NCBI GenBank assembly: GCA_030141605.1
Contig: JAQGDQ010000190.1
Span: forward strand, 310,001-374,000
DNA length: 64,000 bases
Reading direction: 5' to 3'
DNA from: Tubiluchus corallicola
Lineage: Eukaryota; Animalia; Priapulida
Positions 39,816 to 51,257 of the stretch are shown here, piece by piece. The notes below the pieces were generated by a model. It was given only the letters and a program-made list of their open reading frames with translations. It was not told where the DNA came from and ran no database searches. The first letter of the stretch is position 1; each line of letters starts with the position of its first letter. The translations under genes were made by a program, and so were the position numbers.

Positions 39816-40572
39816 ATGCTGAGCCTTTCTGTATTACACAACAGGAAAGTTATCGTATTTGACATAGAGTAATAGATATCGTAAATAACCAATTTGGCAA
39901 TTAAGGTATTAATGGATCGCAATCCTTCCTAACCACAGCATTCCTTGCAAATTATTTTGATAACCTTTGCCGTTGCCTGATTCACTTGCCTTTCCTGCCT
40001 TGTCAACCCTTCCCTTCGCTTGCCTTTCCTTAAAAATAAGTGGTACATACATAGCTAATGAGTGATACTGTGACTGCGCGAGTGCTGCGTCATCGTTAAT
40101 CAGCATCTTGCTTCTAGCTAAGAGAGCAATTTGCAGCTCTTGGTCATTCCACGAGATATAATTACTCCAATGATTACTCAATTTACATAGCTAATGTGAA
40201 TATCCTCCGCATGGCATCAGCGGCGAGAGAAGCTGAAACAATTTGACGTCAAATCTGTCGCTTGACACTTCATTACGCTGTATGTCAACAGAGGAGCGTG
40301 CTTTGCATAAGTGTTAACTGAACCAAGCTGAATCAACCATGTTTGCTACAAGAACGTAATACGGAATAACTATTATAGGCAGGGAATATTATTACGACTC
40401 GTAATAGCCGTCTAGCATGGAACATAAACCAAGAACTGAGTATCGCATCGTATTTGAGGATTCACTATGCGTTTTGACAGGATTTTCTTTGCAGAGAAAA
40501 ATGACATGGGTTTTAAATGTCACGTGTTTTGCAGAGAAACTGATACATGGCACGAATGGAATACAAGTGTAA

Positions 40573-40763
40573 TGGCACGTTCAGACTAGAGAGTTCTGTC
40601 ACAAGTTCTTGCACCAGTTCTCTCCGAGAGTAAACTTGCAAGTGTGAAAAACTTGGCAAATTCTGTCGTCAAGGTCTTGTTTAAACTCTCAGCAACTCTC
40701 TGATTGTTTGCAATAACTTGCGCAAGAAGTTGTGAGAGAAAATGCTCTAGTTTGAACGAGCCA
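40573..40763. mobile_element. PIF/Harbinger (Tourist-like) MITE
   Basis: TAA|tggcacgttcagactagag...ctctagtttgaacgagcca|TAA; ~45-bp imperfect TIRs. Confidence 0.8.
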
Positions 40764-42725
40764 TAAGATACTAACATATCAGCACGTCAATAGATGTGTG
40801 TATCTAACGGAATATGACGGTCCTGTTGAGGAATGAACGTTAAAACTGATATTTTCCACAGAACACACCTATAAGGCACAAACGGAATTATATCTTGCAT
40901 CCATAGAATATTGCATGAAAACTCCACTCATGCAAGATTCGATTGCTCTAGCTAACACAGTATGACTTTACATATATGCGAAACAAATAGGTTATCTTGA
41001 GGTATAATCACTGAGTTTGAACAAGACTTGGCAAAGTCACCGATTAGATCGTAAGCAAATGTCTAAGAGGATAAAGACGCCAAGAGGTTACTTCTACTAA
41101 CTAAAGGTAGAAGTAACCTCTTAACTAAACGTAGAAGTAGCAAGCATCACTTACACGTACTATGGCATATCACCAGCCACAAAATACCCATGTCATTTAT
41201 AAGGACTTTCCAGAATGGAAGTGCCCAGTTTTGAGTATGGTTACTGGGGTGGGGGATAGCTTTGAATATCGTTATATTACAACTGTATGTTTACTACAAG
41301 ATACAGTTAGCAGCTCTTAGGTATCAGATAATGGCTGCTCAGCGGGCAAAGATAATTAAAAGCTACGTGACTTCAAGTGTTTTTCAAGACAATTGACGTC
41401 AAGCATAATGTCAATCACTCGTTGACTGCCCAATCAGCGTGCAAGATTTTTCACACCCCTGCAGAGCTTACTTAACGTAGGTACGTTAAGTACATTTAGC
41501 TGCACCTGTGTCTAACACTGTTATGAAAAATGCTCAACTTCTCATTAGTTAGGGGGAGAAATATTGACCTGGTTCTAGATTTTATTATTGTCGATTGAAA
41601 TTACAAGTAAATTAGTGAAAATAGTTTCGTTTATGGGAAGACATGCACAACGCTTACGTCGAAGAGTTGCTGATAAAACCGTTTTGCTGTCAATAAAATG
41701 CGTAGTTTAATTTAGTTTATGACTTTGGAGTGAGATAAATACAACTATTAACATTAAAAAATGACAAATTAACCTAACGAGGTTAGGCCTCAAGAAAACG
41801 AGGTTAGGCCGATTACATGATGCTGCTTTAACATTCGCAAACGCAAAATGGCCTACCTGAACAGAGTTGAGAAGAAATTTACAACTTCAGATCATTGAAG
41901 CCCGAGTTAGCAAATATAAATGATTCAAGGTTAACCTGCTTGTAAAAATTACAGTCTGCACAAGTAGGTTTGCACAGGTTGTAGAAAATAAGCTAGTCGA
42001 CCTTGGTCAGCAATAGTTGAGGCAGAGTTGAACTGTCATGACTTTGAGTAAGCGAGCACACTCGTAGAAACTCCATAATTACGCAAAATGTTTTCAGAAA
42101 TTTTCAGGCAAAATGTTTTCTTTTCTGGCCAGTTTTTATAAACCTCAAAGAGATCTTCATAGTCAAAATTAATTCAAAGTGGTCAAAATTTATATTATAT
42201 GACGATGTAATATTAGTTAGTTTTAGGCTAATTTTTTCTTATGATCATGGTTAAAAGATGCCATTGGGACTTATGTAACTCTGGCAGTCGTCCACGGAAT
42301 AGAACATTACAAGGTACCATTAAAGTAAAGCAAAATACACATCTCAGTTAAATCAATGAAATATACGCTTTAACGGTTACAGCCTTTTTATTCAGTTATT
42401 CTGTCTAAGTTTAAGACTATCCCAGTTTTTTACTTATTCATGTACCAAAATCTTTAATCTTTCGGCTCCTCTGTTGGGAATCTAAAATTGCTCAAAGTTA
42501 AAACCATAGATTCGACGTTCTATCTAACGACATTCTAATGATACAGTCCTCTGTTACATATTGATAAGGAGAAAACATAACATACCTAAATTGAGTACTT
42601 CTTTCCTAACTAATTTTAAGTATGGCTTCAAAATTACTTTAAAGAATTTTGGATATTTTAGTATCATATGAGTTGCGTATATATTACACAATCGTCTGTG
42701 ATATTATTTTAGTAATAAGATCTGA

Positions 42726-42752
42726 TTAGACGCATACACGTGCGTTGCATGG
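42726..42752 (-). mobile_element. Helitron 3' terminus
   Basis: Minus strand ccatgcaacgcacgtg (cf. CCGTGCAACGCACGG hairpin), a short spacer, then CTAA|T (CTRR rule); the 5' extent was not determined. Confidence 0.45.
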
Positions 42753-44202
42753 CGGAAACTTAAAGATTTACTGTCTTGTACTAGGTCAGAAATACATGGT
42801 TTACTCTTAGCTGGCGTTTCTTTAGCCTAATTTTTATTTATTATAATGAATAGTCAGTTTGCTGGGAGAGCAGCCGACATTAAAGCTGCAAGCTTAGAGC
42901 GAGATTTCATTCAAAGCTCTGCAGAGATTGGTTTTCTGATCTATGTTGAGTGATTTATAGCCAATCTCTCTGTTGGCTTGAGAAATGTGGCAATGTCTTT
43001 TGTGTGAATTCTAATGCGAATCCTGTACGCCATGTTTTATCGTCACGTCTGAGGCGGTTTTAGATCAGAAAAGAAAATCGCCCAAAATGCATTTGAAAAG
43101 TTTTATTGTGTTACGCAATATGACGCGCTATTCATCTGTGTTAATCCGATATTTTTACTTCACAATCATGATATAATGTAGGCCTAATGTATGACGTTAC
43201 ATGATATAATGTATGATGTTACAAGAGTTTGCCTAAAGGACAACGAAATAGAACATAGATACATTAAAATTTTGAAATTATTGGCGTTAAAATTTGTTGT
43301 ATAGAGTTGTTGTCGCCGAAGATCGTTTTTAATCTGTGTATTTACAAGTCAGCAGTATGTTAGAAAAGTTTTGGTTCAGTTCTGTCTTTGTGCTTTGTGA
43401 CAGGCCTGACATTTTTTCATTTCGCTTGCAAGTTTGCCAATTTGAGATGTTTTTGCAAAGACACGAGGCATTTTGTCAGAAAATAAAACGCAAAATCAAT
43501 GCTTTACGAAAAATCGAAGAATCTACAGCCACAATGCATGGATTATTGAGTCTGCTTGCGTTTGTATAGTTTGCGAATCGCATTGAGCTTATAATCATGT
43601 TATTAGACTTGTCTAAGGGTGTGTGGGGGTGTGGGTGGGGTTTGGTGTGGTAAAGTGAGTGTTTAACGTCATCTCTTTTTCGAAATTCCATTTTTATTGT
43701 TACAGTTGCCTGTGGAAGGTGACGATAATATTGAGTTACTGGCTTACTGCTGGCCGTATCCGGTACGTGTCTGGTTTAGTAAGAAAATCACTGATAGATG
43801 ATCAGTCTTCATCCTTTGCTGGGCAGTGGGTCATTTCTTAGTTCAAATAGGTAAATGACATTCGCCTGTACTGTGTCTAAAATATTATTTAAAATTAGTA
43901 CACAAAATTGCAATCGAAACATTGCTGGAGAAAAAATACAATTAGTTAATTTGGTCTAGAATATGAACAAGAAAATTTAAAATTTGAACGAAATATATTT
44001 AAGTAAGACCATAGTTTGAATTTCTAAGCCGGATAATCCACCTCTTCCTGCTTACACTATAATTTCGTACAAACAAAGTCAGATAGGCTAAAATGTATAA
44101 TCTCTCACTTGCTAATAACACACACATTACAACAAAGTCGTCTCGAAGTTGGTCGAGGGACTCGCTGGAATCAGCATCGAGGATTATAAAATTACGTCTA
44201 TG

Positions 44203-44440
44203 TCGTCATCTTTAATTCAAGACGGTTGACAAGAATTCGATTCCGTCAGGCAATGTAGAATTCGTTCTGGTATATTCCCGTGAAGATACATTATGATCCG
44301 TAGCGATTTGGTAGAGCTTTAAGCTTTTTCGAAAAGATGTTATCGCTGCCATCTTTAATTCAAGACGGCTGACAAAAATGCGACTCCGTCAGTTGATAAA
44401 GAACCTACTCTAGTATATTCCTACACACAATGATCCACTA
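44203..44440 (+). repeat. Diverged tandem duplication, period ~140 bp
   Basis: catctttaattcaagacgg.tgacaa.aat.cga.tccgtcag...gtatattcc...atgatcc occurs twice. Confidence 0.8.
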
Positions 44441-44556
44441 CTTTAGGCTACGGTATCACCGCGCACCTTGAAATCTAAATGACTGATGGAACATCTATCT
44501 CCGTTAGTCAAAGAAATAATGTTATAGCATGTAATAACAAATAGCAGAAAAAATTT

Positions 44557-44652
44557 ACTGGCGAAATGCATCACAGGCAAAGTGGACCACTGACGAATTG
44601 TATCAGTGGCGAAGTGTACCACTTGCAAAATGTCAACTGGCGAAAAAGAACA
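44557..44652 (+). repeat. Degenerate 16-bp tandem repeat, ~6 copies
   Basis: actggcgaaatgcatc/acaggcaaagtggacc/actgacgaattgtatc/agtggcgaagtgtacc/acttgcaaaatgtca/actggcgaaaaagaac. Confidence 0.7.
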
Positions 44653-44758
44653 CCAAATGAAAAAAATCGACAACATTGTTTTCCTCTATTTGATATTTTT
44701 TATCCTGGCTGACGCTAAAGTTGCTTGTTTGTCTAGCTGTCGGCGCATCCTGCGACTC

Positions 44759-45632
44759 TGCGAGTCCTGTTACACTTGCTAGTCGTGTTACACTTGCTAG
44801 TCCTGTTACACTTGCTAGTCGTGTTACACTTGCTAGTCGTGTTACACTTGCTAGTCGTGTTACACTTGCTAGTCGTGTTACACTTGCGAGTCGTGTTACA
44901 CTTGCGAGTCGTGTTACACTTGCTAGTCGTGTTACACTTGCTAGTCGTGTTACACTTGCTAGTCGTGTTACACTTGCTAGTCGTGTTACACTTGCGAGTC
45001 CTGTTACACTTGCGAGTCGTGTTACACTTGCTAGTCGTGTTACACTTGCGAGTCGTGTTACACTTGCTAGTCGTGTTACACTTGCTAGTCGTGTTACACT
45101 TGCTAGTCGTGTTACACTTGCTAGTCCTGTTACACTTGCTAGTCGTGTTACACTTGCTAGTCGTGTTACACTTGCTAGTCGTGTTACACTTGCGAGTCGT
45201 GTTACACTTGCTAGTCGTGTTACACTTGCGAGTCGTGTTACACTTGCTAGTCGTGTTACACTTGCTAGTCGTGTTACACTTGCTAGTCGTGTTACACTTG
45301 CGAGTCGTGTTACACTTGCTAGTCCTGTTACACTTGCTAGTCGTGTTACACTTGTTAGTCGTGTTACACTTGCTAGTCGTGTTACACTTGCTAGTCGTGT
45401 TACACTTGCTAGTCGTGTTACACTTGCGAGTCGTGTTACACTTGCTAGTCCTGTTACACTTGCTAGTCGTGTTACACTTGTTAGTCGTGTTACACTTGCT
45501 AGTCGTGTTACACTTGCTAGTCGTGTTACACTTGCTAGTCCTGTTACACTTGCTAGTCCTGTTACACTTGCTAGTCGTGTTACACTTGCTAGTCGTGTTA
45601 CACTTGCTAGTCGTGTTACACTTGCTAGTCGT
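44759..45632. repeat. 18-bp minisatellite (TGCTAGTCGTGTTACACT)n, ~48.5 copies
   Basis: Directly visible; only three variant positions; no spacers, so not CRISPR. Confidence 0.97.
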
Positions 45633-46109
45633 TATTTCGTATTTCATCCTTGCCGTTTTCAGACAGTTGCGGTGTATGTTATAGTCGATGCTGCTGTGAA
45701 CAGTTGTAATCATTACTGTTGATTTCTGAACGACAATTACCCGCCAGCGATCGATTCGCTTGAGTGTTTGTCGTCGTCTTGTTGGCTTCCGGCAATTTCT
45801 GGATGGCTTCTTCCTAACTGGCCTAACCCTTTTTACTGCCAATTTTTGGCCCTAAGTTAATTAATTGTAATTCCTGGTGACGCATTTTTCGAGAATCAAA
45901 CAACGGTTTTTAATAAAATAAAAAAAAAACAGACGTAAAATGATCCATGCAGTGAATTATGGTAAAGACAGTATTGACAGTAGGGAAAGAACAGGGCTGC
46001 ACCGAGTGAAGACAAGCAATAAACTCAGAACGTAGGTCGTATAAATTTTTAAAAGAATCCTGATAGGTTGTAAAATTATTTATGATTGGTATCCCAAAAT
46101 ATGTCAACA

Positions 46110-46640
46110 CTCCTTTAAGAAGATTACGTATATTGCTCATACTAATTGAATTCGGTAGATACCATAAGCTAAAGAAATACCATTAGAGAACAACGAGTAT
46201 GTAAAAATTGTTTGAATAAAGTAGAGGATGAATTGGCTGTAATTACTGATTGTCCACTATACGCTCGCATAAGAGAAGGAATGTTTTAGTACTTTCTCTG
46301 ATTTTGTACTAACTTTCAGTATATGTCTCCTAATGAGAAGTTTGTGTTTTTGAATTCGCCACGAGATGTACAAAAATTAACGCTAGATTGGTCGAGAAAA
46401 TCTTAGAACGCAGACCTGACTGAGATAACTCAGGCCAAGCCTGACTGATTAATTGTAACAATTGTTAAATAACAAGTCTACGATATCAAGACTGTTTACA
46501 TGTATATATGTTGGTTCGTTGTATGTGTTTATGTGATTCAACAATTATACCTTATGCATGTATTCTTTCTTATGGCTGTAGTCTGTTCCTGTTTTATGTC
46601 TAGTGTATACAGTTTTTTCTCTTTTGTATTCTGTTCTACT
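46110..46640 (+). mobile_element. Non-LTR retrotransposon 3' end (C-terminal zinc-knuckle region and tail)
   Basis: LRI..LIEFGRY, then frameshifted EQRVCKNCLNKVEDELAVITDCPLYARIR; T-rich 3' UTR ending near aataaa. Confidence 0.75.
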
Positions 46641-47130
46641 GTTCAATAAACATTATTACGCTTATTTAGCGAATCCATACAAGAATTAGTTTTCTAGTAC
46701 ACGATTTAACATCTGAAAATTTTGATGTGGACTGAGTTAAGATTACTTTATGCTAGAATAACAGAAAAAAATGTGATGTTTTACGATTGTGTATACAATT
46801 GTATAATTGTATATTGTATATATCCGCGGTGGTTGATATAATGAGTCGTGAAATCCCTAGTCCATTTTAAAAATTATGAAAATTATGGCAGCCATGTTGA
46901 ACATCATGTTTACCTGGAATGTTTTATTGCAAAACTGATTCCTCATAAGTTATAGTAGCATCAGTAAAAACATTAGAAAATGAACTGATAACAGAGACTC
47001 TTTATATGCAGTATAATCCCTGTCAAATTCTTGTTTGGGTCTTCTTTAGCCTAAACGTGGAGAATTCAGATTGCTGATAGAAAATAAGGGCGATTAACAT
47101 AAAGCTACTTTTACACAACATGATGACTAC

Positions 47131-48030
47131 AAAGACACAATAATAAAAATTACAGGTGAAAAGCATAAGACATATAAAATAAAGAGATACAATCTCAGTA
47201 AAATAAAGGGTAAAAAAACATTAAGAGGCTGAATTAAAAAAATAATTAAAAAGCTACAGATGACACTACATGTAAAATAAAGGTGTACAATGTCAGTAAC
47301 ATAAAAGGTACAAACAAACATGAAGATGCCGAATTAAAAACTAAATTAAAAGAAAAAGTAAAATTACAAATTAAGAAAACAAAATGAAAATTAAACTGAC
47401 AAACATACCTGACATCAATTAGATATAGCTAAGATCTTGAAAGATAACCAGAGATTTGCCTACCTACTGCTTTGTTGGGTTTAATCCCCATAATTTTCTT
47501 TTTTCTCTTTTGTTTTCTTAAATTTTTTAAATGTTTTAATAATATTTTTTGCCCTTTTATATTTTTATGGTTTTGTATTTTATTACATATTAATTAGTTT
47601 TATAATTTGATTTCTATTTAATTCAGTTTGATTCAACATTTGTTCAACTAACACAGCACAGGTTTTCATTAGGAATCTTGGTAGTATAATTCTGGCTTTT
47701 AACACACCACAAACTGTTATCTCTAGTCACCTGTTTCTGACTGTACACCAGCTAATAGTTACTTACTCAAATATCTAATTGATGTCAGGTATGTTTGTCA
47801 GTTTAATTTTCATTTTGTTTTCTTAATTTGTAATTTTACTTTTTCTTTTAATTTAGTGTTTAATTCAGCCTCTTCATGCTTTTTGTACCTTTTATTTTAC
47901 TGACATTGTACACCTTTATTTTATAATTTCATCTGTATTTTTTTATTATTGTGTCTTTCTGTGCAGCTGATGAAGTCCAAAAGGACGAAAGCTTCTGAAG
48001 AAAAAATAGAGAATTTTTGAGATTGATGGG
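47131..48030. mobile_element. Penelope-like element relic: inverted pseudo-LTR pair
   Basis: 47131..47426 is the reverse complement of 47771..47958 (the left arm has an extra internal duplication); the right arm continues into a hammerhead ribozyme. Confidence 0.6.
47956..48003 (+). ncRNA. Minimal type I hammerhead ribozyme
   Basis: tttct-gtg-cag CTGATGA a GTCC aaaa GGAC GAAA gc T T ctg-a-agaaa: both conserved core boxes, 4-bp stem II, palindromic AAGCTT in place of stem III, and stem I with an internal loop. Confidence 0.85.
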
Positions 48031-48864
48031 CACTTTAATTTCTTTACGACTGAAAAAAACAATAAGAAATTGTAAAAGCAATTATAGTAATAGTGTAATA
48101 TAATATAATATTACATTATAGTAAGCTTAAAGAAGTAATGTTCACGGAAACTTGTTGGTGTACCAAAAATTCTAGCTCTTCTCGTCCTTTTTCGCAAAAT
48201 GTCTTACTTTGTGTTTAGATGAGCAAAGCATGTGTGATTTCTCAAAAGACGTTATATAAAGCACCCTTATCGCTAGAATGTAGTGTCAGCATCATTGTGC
48301 TAAACCTGTAACTTTTGAACAACCCACACCTGTGTGTGACAGTTTCCACTTGTTAACATATAGACCTCGAGATTTGTAAGTAGTCTAAGTAATCATCAAG
48401 TAAGATGAGAAGCCACTTTGCGGAGAAATCGCGACATTAACCTTGTACAAAATTGAAGTTTTAACACTTACAAAATAAAAACTAGTCCGGAGTGCGAGTT
48501 AAGCATTCGGCTACTCGCAGACACGCACGCATGTGTGAACACACGTACATTTACCGTTTTATACGAAGTAACTCTAATGTGATGTCGTAATATAAAACTG
48601 GCGAAAAATTTATTACGTTAAGGAGACCGAAATCACGGCAAAATAGACCTTTTTATAGGGTTGCTACGCAGGCCTGTAATCCAGTCAATAACGTTCAACA
48701 ATGAGTCTATCTGTACTCATAAATACAAACAATTAATTTCTCAGAGGGATGAATTGTACAGCTAAATGGCTGAGACGCTTTGCTCGTTTTGGTATTTGAA
48801 AATAATTAAATAAAATTGATATTTTCGAGAACTATAAGTCGCATCTTCATTTGAGAACAACACG

Positions 48865-48962
48865 TATGTATGTATGTATGTATGCATGTATGTATGTATG
48901 TATGTATGTATGTATGTATGTATGTATGTATGTATGTATGTATGTATGTATGTATGTATGTA
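48865..48962. repeat. (TATG)n microsatellite
   Basis: ~24 units with one TGCA interruption. Confidence 0.97.
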
Positions 48963-49584
48963 CGTGTAACACGTAACCAACTCTTCAATGAAAATGCTTG
49001 CAATAAAATTCTCCGTCACGTGTCACAAGCCACGCTCACGATTGTACGTTCAATTCAGTTATAAACATTCGCGCGAAATTTTAGCCTATTGTGCGTGCGC
49101 GTGCGTATGAGTACGCATTATACAATAAGTTAAAAATGACCTCTATTTTCCTATTTAGTTATAGAAGGTATCTGCTGCTATTCATCTTGAATCGAGATTG
49201 GATTTTTCTGCGAAGTAATTTCCACAAATAAGAAAGTTAAAGTAAAACCGGACCCAATCTTAAACTGTTGATTAAAACAATCTACTCGATAAAATATTGA
49301 AAGGGAACATACTGTTTTTTTTCCTTTTTAACAAACACTCGTAAGCAGCTATTTTAGTTCTTTGTGTTTTTACCTGAATCTTCTACTTATATTATTATTA
49401 TTATTATCATCACTTTGTTTTAATTTGCACTGTTTTTGTAGTAAGCATTTATTATTTTATTTCACTTTTTATCTGCCTTGTCACTCGTGTATTGCACTTT
49501 GAAGATTACGAAAGAAATAGAAATAAATAATTAATAATAATAAAAATAAAAATGACTTACGTGAACGAATTATTAGCACACAAA

Positions 49585-49915
49585 CGCAAATTCGCGTTAT
49601 ATCTACTAGCTCTTCGCTGTTACGTGCATTTCGCCATTCTCTAGTTAGACGGGCACTAGCGCCTGCGTTTCGAAAACAGGTGCTGTACCTCTCATTTCAG
49701 AGGTGTTCGTTCGTGACGTACTGCACATGTTCGAGAGCTCCTGCGTGAGCACAGCCGTAAATATGAAATGTGTATTTGTATCTTAAAACTTGCCGAGTTT
49801 TAGTGGACTGAATCTCTCACAGTAGCACTGCACTTCAACTTTCTCTTTTGCAAACACGCGCAACACGCTCATGGCATGTTTGTGCTGTTTTAGTTATGTT
49901 CATTTGTGATGTCAT
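49585..49915 (-). repeat. Dispersed ~320-bp repeat, copy 2
   Basis: Reverse-complement match to 29226..29545. Confidence 0.75.
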
Positions 49916-50582
49916 CATTAGTTGGGCTCGCTATAAATAAATAGCCACTGAAATTAAAATAAACTTATGCAAACCAAAAATGTAGTCATTGCTCTTTTAA
50001 GGTACTATTTATTGAACAATTTTCCGTTGGTACAAAATTGCTTCCGATTTTGTAGCGACAAAATTTAATATAGTTTCGTCCTGTTTTGCGTTCAGTTTTT
50101 TGCCTGTATTTTATTAATGGCACAGTTACATCCAGAGTTCAGTACGCATGCGCCGACGTGCCACGGCTTTTTAATGAACGGCCTGCCGGCCTGTCTTTCA
50201 AAGTCATCGACGTAATGGAGAGAAGGAGCACACAAAAAATTTCAAAATGCCATTTATTATAGTTTAATTGAAGAGAGAAATTGTTAATCAGTAACTGTTA
50301 TGAATAAAAGTGCCCATAAATAAAGTAATTATATTGTAACGAAGCGTGTAGGCATGTTATTTATCACGAAGCCACTTATTTATACACTGAAATCAGATTC
50401 CGTGAACAGCGCCGTAAAAATGGGAAAACGAGCTATTATCCGATAATCTGGCTTCTTATGAAATGTCTCATAATGCAACAGCCGTGATTTGCTTTCCAGC
50501 ACTCGTGAACAAATTACTCTTATATTGATATTGAAATACAGCAATTTCACCTTGAATACTGTTACTCTTTCATACATGCAAA

Positions 50583-50692
50583 ATAACAACAGCAACAACA
50601 ACAAATCAACATCAACATCAGCATCAGCATCAGCATCAGCAGCATCAGCAGCATCAGCAGCAACAGCAGCAACAGCAGCAACAGCGGCAACA
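50583..50692. repeat. Compound trinucleotide microsatellite (CAA/CAT/CAG)
   Basis: Directly visible. Confidence 0.92.
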
Positions 50693-50814
50693 AAAAAAAA
50701 AACACGTCTGCATTGAAGCAAAATTTTCAGTTAAACGGTTATGAATTCCATTTTTTAATATTGGTTAACAGCACCGTTCTTAGGACTTTGGCATTTTTCG
50801 TGCACTAATCACGA

Positions 50815-51257
50815 TCGCATTGTTCACTATTTGCCCGAGGAGTTTGATTACCTAGCATCTTATGAACAGCTTAATTCCTCGTATCAGTTATCTAACGATT
50901 TTAATTCATGTTTCACTATCTGAGGATTTTTATTCATTATTATTCCAAAGGAGTATTGTTCACGTGCGTTTTGTCTGAGAATTTAGAGTCGCCAGCATTT
51001 GATGAACAGCATCTTTCTTAGTGTCACTTATCTAAAGATTTTAATTGGTGCCTTTCCTAAGAGGATTTTCATTCATTAGCATTCACGAGGAACTTTGTTC
51101 ACTGTAACTCTAACTGTTCACTGTAGTATTCGTCTGAGAATTCTATGTTTAGTAACACTTTATGTACAACATCAGTTACATCGTTCGCACTGCCACTATA
51201 ACGATTTTAATTCATTGTCATTCATGAGAAGTATTGTTCGTTGTGTCTTTCATCTGA
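50815..51257 (+). repeat. Old ~137-bp tandem repeat, ~3 copies; related sequence resumes at ~51930..52230
   Basis: Recurring tgttcac (50821, 50957, 51096), tctgagaatt, atgaacagc, tctaa.gattttaatt, ttcatta.cattca. Confidence 0.7.

Noticed and set aside
44721-45842. CRISPR array or established protein gene at the 18-bp repeat
   Set aside because: The units are contiguous with no spacers, there are no cas genes, and the context is eukaryotic. The long ORFs follow from an 18-bp unit lacking stops in three frames.
48762-49064. ORFs with YIHT / MYVC repeats
   Set aside because: Translations of the (TATG)n microsatellite.
50380-50721. Poly-Ala/Ser/Asp ORFs
   Set aside because: Translations of a compound trinucleotide microsatellite, with no splice or homology support.
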